From Sedimentisphaerales bacterium (GTDB lineage Bacteria > Planctomycetota > Phycisphaerae > Sedimentisphaerales > SM23-30): a stretch of DNA of 64,000 bases. The stretch lies in NCBI GenBank assembly GCA_963666285.1, contig OY762711.1, one strand, 5' to 3'. Below, piece by piece: positions 28,990 to 37,900 of the stretch (the stretch's first letter is position 1; each line of letters begins with the position of its first letter). The position numbers and the translations under genes were made by a program. Below the pieces are notes generated by a model. That model searched no databases, had not been told where the DNA came from, and saw only the letters and a program-made list of their open reading frames with translations.

Positions 28990-31900
28990 CTAATTTCCAG
29001 CGATTGCTTCGCTGCCGCTCACCATCCATGGCACAAACTCTGTCGAAACAGAATATTGTGAGAAATGAGTCGTTTCAAATGAGATCGCCTTCAATTCACT
29101 ATTGATATCAAGCGTCTCAATATTACTCATACCGCTCTGTGAATATGAACCGGTCTGAGGATTATACCAGAACACAGTTACATTGGCATCGCCCAGTGTT
29201 GCCGGGTATGGTATTACTATATTAACAGCCTTACGAAATTCTCGCGTGCTGGATGGTCCAAAGTCATAACTAAACAGACTGCGGATACCGGTACTGCCTC
29301 CCGGAGGGTTGCTAACCCTGGCAATACTCATCTCGACATCACTGTTCAGAGCGCCGGCTGGAACTATCACGGTTACATCGTCGACACTATCGATATCCTC
29401 TATCCTGACACCTACATAACCGCCATTAACCGAATCTATCTTGTTCTTGCTCAGCATACGCTCGACAACTGAAGCACAAGCCATCTGGATTGTCTGGCCG
29501 CTGCCGCCCTGCTCCTGGAATACGATATAAGGAGCTCCGGAAATATTGGCTGCTGCTACCGGGGCTGACTGATAATTCAGTTCACTGTCGACCGTTGCCA
29601 GGATATTTGTCATAGATCCACGGTCAACTGATGCAAAATATATATCATAATCATTATTACTATCTGCATTTCTTGCGTCTGTCCACGCGATTATTGTTCG
29701 GTTTACTGAACCATTATTGAAATGGTAAACCGAAGGGCCGCTTTGAACCGAGCCGCTGCTGTCATCAATAACATTAACAGCTTCATATGTTTTTCCATCA
29801 AGAGGCAGAGAAACTTTACAATAATATATATCACCTTCTGACGTCCAGGTCGTATGCAGATAGTCACAACTTGAATCTACCGCTATATCAGGCTCGGAAC
29901 CGCTTGATGCCAGCTTATAATTTCGCCAGCTGTTATTAAGCGAGGCTCCATATACTGCACTTGTACTGCCGTCACGGTAATCTTCCCAGGCTATATGAAT
30001 ATCACCGTCACTGCCGCTGGCTATTACCGGACTGATCTGATCGCCGCTATTAGTGCATACTGGGCTCTCGATAACACTGGTAAGATCGCTGCTGACCTTG
30101 GCTACATATATATCCTTGCCTGTTTTGCGTTTTACAACATAGGCTATATATATATCACCACTATCAGCTACAGCAATCACCGGCTGCGTTTGCTCATCTT
30201 CACCTGTTGATACTGTTGTGGTCATGTCCATACTTATGCCGTCACTGCTGCACCCGATATAAATATCCCAGTTGCCTGATATATTATTCTGCCATACAAA
30301 GTACAGCTCTCCACTATCCGATGCTGCCATATCCGGCTCTGTCATATCGCCAATACCAGGAATTACCCGTGAGGTGTCAAACTGACCGGTATTGTCATAA
30401 TATGGTGCAAATTTGATCTTACGGCTGCCGCTTGTGCCTTCATTCCAGGCTGACCATACTATTCCGGCTGAACTTACTGCTACTGCTGGCTTACTTTGGC
30501 TTGTTTCTGTTGAACTGCTCTTGGTCTGCTCTACCGGCACAGCCTTGGCCATACTAAACATCTCTGTTGTGAAACTGAAACTGTACGGCTCCATCTGGTT
30601 ACCCTGCATATCTTTGGCATTGATTACAATATCCGGTGTATAGTCATAGTCAAACATATCTACTGCCTGGTACTGGAATGTATATCGTGAAGCTGTTCCT
30701 GTACGAACAACGCTGCTTTCCTGGCTGCTGTACATCACCTGGTCGCTATCATCTGCTTCAGAAGACATCGCTCCACCGGTAAATACATTGACTCCATCGA
30801 CCGAGATGGTTACTGATTCATAGTCAACACCTTCGCCATAATCTGCCAGGGTAAACGTTATCAGCGGATTTAACGGAATCTGGATACCGCCATTTTCTGG
30901 ATATGTTGATACTATAAATGGAGGTTCCTTATCTGACGCCGCTGCCGCTACTGAAATCGTTACCGCAACGTTTGTACTCAGCTTACCGTCTGATACTACT
31001 ACGGTTATCTTATATACACTTCCGCCGTCTGACTCGGATGTTGGCCAGGTCACCATATTACCTTCAATATTCATTCCCTTAGGTTCGTTCTTTAATGAAT
31101 ATATCAGGCTGTCGCCGTCTTCATCACTGGCGTCTATTGTAAGAGACACTGGCTCACCGGCGGTAAGTTTGGTAGCACCTTTCACTGATACGACAGGCGC
31201 AACATTTACATTTGTAACTTCCATATTTACCGGCATAGAAACCGATTCCTGGCCATCAGATGCCACAAAAGTGACTGAATGATTTCCTATATCACTCGAA
31301 GTTGTCAGCCATGAGAAGGTATTGTTCACAAAAACCGCTCCGGAAGGCATACCAACTGCTTCTATGGTTAAACTGTCATTATCAGGGTCGGTCACTTGAA
31401 TTGCAAAGACTATTGTTCCGCCTTCATCTACCTGCTTATCAGGTACTTCTACAAATACCGGTGGATGATTTACAACGTAATCCGGATCATCTGTAATTGA
31501 AAAATCAATTGTTTTACTGACTTCTGTTATTCCATCAGATGCAACCAGAATTATTTGGTAATTTCCAATGTTTTCTCGGTCTGGCTGCCAGGTAATTTTA
31601 CCTGTTTTACTGTTATATGTCGCTCCACTTGGAAGGTTGTTCGCCGAAACGGTTACACCGTCACCATCCTGATCGGAGGTTTTTACCGTCAAACTCAGAC
31701 CGTCAGTATATACAGGACTTACATCACCAGATACATTTATCTCTGGCTTACGGTTAAGGTTATTCACCGTTACCGATACTGTCAAATCCGCTGTAAGCGA
31801 ACCGTCAGAGGCGGTTACGATAAAAGACTGAATTCCGGCATCATCATAACCCGTCTGCCAGGTTACTGTACCGCCACTGCTAATTGTTGCTCCCAATGGA

Positions 31901-34900
31901 GAGGATTTCAGACTATAAGTTACAATATCACCATCTGGATCTATAGCCTTGGCTGTAAAGGTTACTGTATCTGTCTCATCTACCGCCGATACTGAAACCG
32001 GGGTAAATGTTGGTGCCTGGTTACCAAGACCTACCGCTATGCTGACTGTCAGGTTGTTAGAACCGCCCTTGCTGTCTGTTGCGGTAAACTTGGCACTATA
32101 GCTGCCCTGGGTACCGGCATCTGGTATCCAGGCAAAGCTATTACTGCTGCTGTCAAATGCTGCTCCGCTTGGCATACTGTTACATACTACGCTTACGGTA
32201 TCACCATCCGGGTCTTTTGTATAGACTGTAAATTTAAGTTTATTGGCTGCTGTTACGCTATATGCTGACGATGAAGTAAATTCCGGGTTGCGGTTTACGT
32301 CCTCTACACCTAATGTTACTGTTTTGCTTGCTGAGCCGCCATTGGAATCTGTTACGGTAAAGAGTACCGTCTTGGAGCCGGAATCGCTATAACCTGGCTT
32401 CCAGCTGAACAAACCGCTGGTTGAATTCAGACTTGCTCCGGTTGGCAGGTTACTGCTGGAATATGATAAAGTATCTCCATCTTCGTCTGTTGCTGCCAGG
32501 GCAAAGCTGTTCTCGGTATTTTCTTTAAAACCTGGCACGGATAATGCACCAAATACCGGGTTGCGGTTTAGATTATTTACATAAATCACTACTTCAAGGC
32601 TATCGCTGCCATGGAATCCATCATCGACCTTAAACTCGGCAGTATAAGGACTTGATCCGGATGCATCATAGTCAGGCGTCCAGGAAAATGTCTTGGTGCT
32701 TGCATTAAATACTGCTCCAGATGGCTTGCTGGTACATGAATATGTTAATGCATCACCATCAGCATCTGTGGCTGAAATACTAAAGCTTAACGGGCTCATT
32801 TCCGTTACTGTTTTAGCTGTAACTCCGGCAAATACCGGTAAATTGTTACCCGCTTCAGAAACAGAAATCACTATTGTTTTTTCTGCCGTTTTTACCGATG
32901 TGCTATCATCAGTAGCCGTTACCACTACTGTATAATTATTTGCCTGATCTTTGTTAGGTGTCCAGCTGAAACTGGCAGTACCATTTCCATTATCTACAAA
33001 TGTCGCACCGCTTGGTACTCCCGTAAAACTGAAACTGATATTATCATTATCTGCATCACTGGCAGTAACACTGAAAGATAGCGTTTCCTGGGCAATTACA
33101 GATTTACTCGATGAGGCACTTATTATAGGACTGTCGGCAACAGCCTTAACTGTCACATTCACTGTACCAACTGCGGTTCCGCCATGTCCGTCATTTACTG
33201 TATAGGTAAAGGAATCTGTTCCATTATAGTTTGACGATGGTGTATATGTTACCGTTCCATTACCATTATTAGTAACTGAACCATTGGTACCTTGTGTTAT
33301 ACTGCTTATACTTAAACTGTCTCCTTCAACATCAGTATCATTCCCTGTCAGACTGCCTGTAACAGCAACATCCTCACTTGTAATTAAAGTGTCATTAACT
33401 GCTGTTGGAATGTCATTTATAGGTAATATTAATACACTTACCGATGCTGTATCGCTGCCACCGTTACCATCATTAACCGTATAGGTAAAACTGTCCGTGC
33501 CAATTACGTTTGCCGACGGGGTATAAGTAATTGTTCCATCGCCGTTATTCACTACAGAACCCTTACTGCCCTGGCTGACCGAGCTGATACTCAACGTATC
33601 ACCATCTAAATCACTGTCATTGCTAAGAAGATTGCTGCTTATCAAGACGGTATCTTCATTTGCAACCAGGCTGTCGTTGGCGGCGGCTGGTATATCATTA
33701 ACTGCTGAAATCGTTATGTTTACTGTCGCTGTTGATGTTCCTCCGTTACCGTCGCTGGCAACATAAGTAAAGGTGTCTGAGCCGCTGTAGTTAGCCGATG
33801 GAGTATAAGTTACTACACCGTTACCATTGTTAACTACTGTACCGTGCGTACCCTGGGTTACAGAGGTAATTGTCAAACTGTCGTTATCTTCATCTATATC
33901 ATTGGCTAATAAATTACTTATAACTTTTACTACATCTTCATTTGTAATAACATTATCATTAACTGCCGTTGGAAAAGCATTAACATTTCCGACTGTTACA
34001 TTTGCTGTAATTGTATCTGTGCCGTTATTTGAATCTGTAACGACAAGTTGCAATCCTATCATACCGGCATCATCATAGCCTGGCTTCCAGCTGAATACTC
34101 CGCTGACCGGGTTTAGACTTGCGCCATCCGGTAGATTACTGCATGAATATGTCAATGTGTCACCATCTGCATCTGTTGCTGATACGGTAAAGCTGGTCAA
34201 TGCATTTTCTTTAAATCCCGGTACATTGATAGTTCCAAATTGAGGGTCACGGTTGAGGTTATTAACATTAATTGTTACTTCAATCGAATCAGTACCGTTA
34301 AAACCGTCATTGACTGAAATTACTGCGGTATACGGACTTGCACCCGCTGCACTATAGTCAGGAGTCCAACTGAAAACTTTAGTTGATGTATTAAAGCTTG
34401 CGCCTGCCGGCTTGCTGTCACAACTATATGTCAGGGTATCTCCATCCGCATCTGTTGCTGAAACTGTAAAAATCAGCTGACTCATCTCGGTTACTGTTTT
34501 TGTTCCAATTTCCGCCAAAACCGGTAAATTATTGTCTGCCTGACCAACCGATATCTTTATTGATTTTGTCGCGGTCAGTGCTTGAGCACTATCATCTTTC
34601 GCAGTTACCTGGATAGTATAGTCACCTGCCTGGCCCTTCCCGGAGGTCCAGTCAAATGTAGCTGTTCCATCACCGTTATCCGCAAACTTTGCTCCCGCTG
34701 GCAAAGTAGAAAATGTAAATGAAACACCGTCATTATCCTTATCTGTTGCTGACACACTAAAAGTTAGTCGTTGTGTTGCCACCAGGGCCTGGTTTGCTGC
34801 CGCTGTAATTACCGGTGCATCTGGCTGTGCTGCTATTGTCACATTCACCGTTCCATTGGCAGTTCCGCCGTTTCCATCACTTACGGTATAGGTAAAACTG

Positions 34901-37900
34901 TCCAAACCATAATAATCGGCTTCCGGCGTATAGCTCACTGTACCATCGCCATTATTTACTACTGAACCATGCGATCCCTGGGTTACGGCAGAAATACTCA
35001 AACTATCATTGTCAGAATCTGTATCGTTTGCCAGCAGATTACCACTGGTTACTGCAGAATCCTCATTTGTACTGACTGTATCATTAACTGCAACTGGTAC
35101 ATCATTAGAAGATGATACTGTTACGCTGACTGTTCCAATATCACTGCTGCCGTTTCCATCACTTACGGTATAGGTAAATGTATCTGGACCACTGTAATTT
35201 GCAGACGGTGTATACGTTACTGTTCCATTGCCATTGTTGGTTACTGTTCCATGCGAACCCTGCGTCACAGCTGTTATAGACAAACTGTCATTATCCGCAT
35301 CTGAATCGTTCGATAACAGGTTACCGCTGGTCTTTGCTGTATCTTCATCAACCACAAGAGTGTCATTAGATGCGCTAGGACCATCATTAACTGCCGCAAT
35401 CGTTACAGATACCTGGGCTGAATCAGTCCCACCGTTTCCATCACTTACGGTATAACTAAAACTATCTGAGCCGCTGTAATTTGCTGCCGGGGTGTAAGTT
35501 ACTGTTCCATTCCCATTGTTGGTTACTGTTCCGTGAGCTCCTTGCGTAACTGACTGAACTGTCAGAGTATCGTTATCTGCATCTGTATCATTGGCCACCA
35601 GGCTGCCGCTGGTTTTGGCTGTATCTTCATTAGCCTGAAGAACATCGTTAACCGCTATTGGAACATCATTTACTGCTGAAACAAAGACATTGACTGTTGC
35701 AGTAGCTGTCCCGCCATTACCATCATTAATTAAATAAGTAAATGAATCAGAGCCGGTAAAATTTGCTGCCGGCTGATAAGTAACGGTTCCGTTTCCATTA
35801 TTTGTTACTGTACCATTACTGCCTTGCCCCACCAGGCTGATACTAAGTGTATCACCATCAATATCTGTATCATTGCTCAGCAGGTTGCCGCTGACCTTGG
35901 CATTATCTTCAGTTACTATTATGGTATCATTTGCCGCTGCTGGCAAATCATTCACATTTGTTACCGTCACATTCATGGTAGAAGTGGTGGTACCACCGTT
36001 CCCATCGCTGATAATAAACGAAAATGAGTCCGCGCCGTAGTAGTTCGCTGACGGGGCGTAAGTCGCCGTACCGTCTCCGTTGTTGGTTACTAAACCGTGG
36101 CTGGCCGCCGATACCCCGCTTACTGTAAGCGTATCGCCTTCTATATCCGACGCATTGGCCGTGAGGTCGCCGCTAACCTTGGCACTGTCTTCGCTTACCG
36201 TCATTGATAGCGCCGCGCCTGCCAACGGTGCATCGTTTACTGCTGCAATTGTCACTGCTACCGTTGCTGTAGCTGTCCCGCCCCTACCGTCACTAATATC
36301 ATAAGTGAAGCTGTCAGAACCATTTACATTCGCAGTCGGCGTATAAGTCACCGTCCCGTTCCCGTTATTGACCACTGAACCTTTACTACCCTGCGACACA
36401 CCCGTTATCACCAGTCCGTCACCGTCCGCATCACTGTCGTTAGCCGTCAATACACCGCTAACCGCCGCCGTATCCTCTACTACAGCCAACGTATCACCCA
36501 CCCCCACCGGATTCTGGTTGTTTGCTGCTGCGGTTGTAAATGTATATGCTACATCCTCATACGTTTCGGAATTACCAAATTCATCTATACAGGTAATGCT
36601 ATAACTATATTCTGTACCAGGTGTTAAGTCGGTTAATGTAATAGAGTGGCTTGTTGATGGGTTAACATCACTTGTCACAGTCTTGGTAACTAAACTTCCA
36701 CCTGACTTACTTGTAGCTTTCGGCCAGTAATCTATCACCGAACTCGCCGCTTCATTCGTATTCCACTGTATTGGCTGACTGGTATCACCAGCTGCATTTA
36801 CTTGTAAATCAACCACTTGCGGTGGCGGCGAGTTGTATATTATCCCAATTTCATCTGTAGTCAAAACTTTATTGAATATCTGTAAATTGTCCATATCCCC
36901 ATTATAAAAGTGCCTTGATTCTGTGTAAGCACCAATAATTATAGACTTACTTGTCATGATTTTACCTGAAAATAAAAAATCACTACTCGGAACTATATTT
37001 CCATTAACATACAATCTAGCTTCAACACCATTGTAAACAAAACATACATACGACCATTCATTTAATGGAAGATTTTCAATGCTTATCTTTTCAAAATGTT
37101 CATTATTCTCGTTCATTAGATAGTATGATAGTTTACCATTATCAAAATAAATTCTTAAACTTCCAGCATTTAGTATGTAATTATCTTCAGTACTATCTAT
37201 ATAAAATGGATTAAGCCAAACTGATACAGTACATGAACTAATATTATTCAAATAGTCACATTCTGGGCTCTTAATGCAGTTTTTTCCATCAAATCTAGCA
37301 CTTTGTTGAAAAATACTATCAACATAATTTTCTTCTTCAAACCAACTATATGTGTCATAATAACTGGAATAATTTAAAAGATTCTTATTGAAATTAAGGT
37401 TTAATAACGTTCCTGGAAGAATACTATTATCAATGATAACATTCTTTTTTTCTATTGATTCAAAGCCTTCATCATCTGTTACAGTTAATGTAACTTCATG
37501 CAACCCATCAGAAGCATATGCATGAGTAACAATTTTACCCGTTGCTAAATTTGAATCTCCAAAATTCCAGTTGTAGTTAGTAATATATCCATTGCTATCA
37601 GAAGTCTCAGAGGCATCAAAGACAATATTCTCATTTGCCCTAGTAACATCTGATGAGATATTAAATTTAGCATTTGGCTTCCCTTGCCAGTTGGGATTAT
37701 AATAGCAAATACCAAATACCCCCGATTGCCATAACTGTTTAGATATACTATTATTATCATCTTCAGAAAAACTCACCATATAACTATTAGCAGCCTCATA
37801 AAAATTAGGAAACCGATGATTAACTAAACATAACTGAGGAAAATAACGAGGCAGTAGATCATCTTCACTCGAATATTTTACACCATATAAAACACCTTGA

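Noticed and set aside
28993..29045. EFVPW near the giant protein C-terminus as an exosortase (PEP/PEF) signal
   Set aside because: No following TM helix or basic tail.
31000..36510. Recurring DNA words in the giant gene as a CRISPR array or DGR repeat
   Set aside because: They are diverged in-frame protein-domain repeats about 95 aa apart; no cas or reverse-transcriptase gene.
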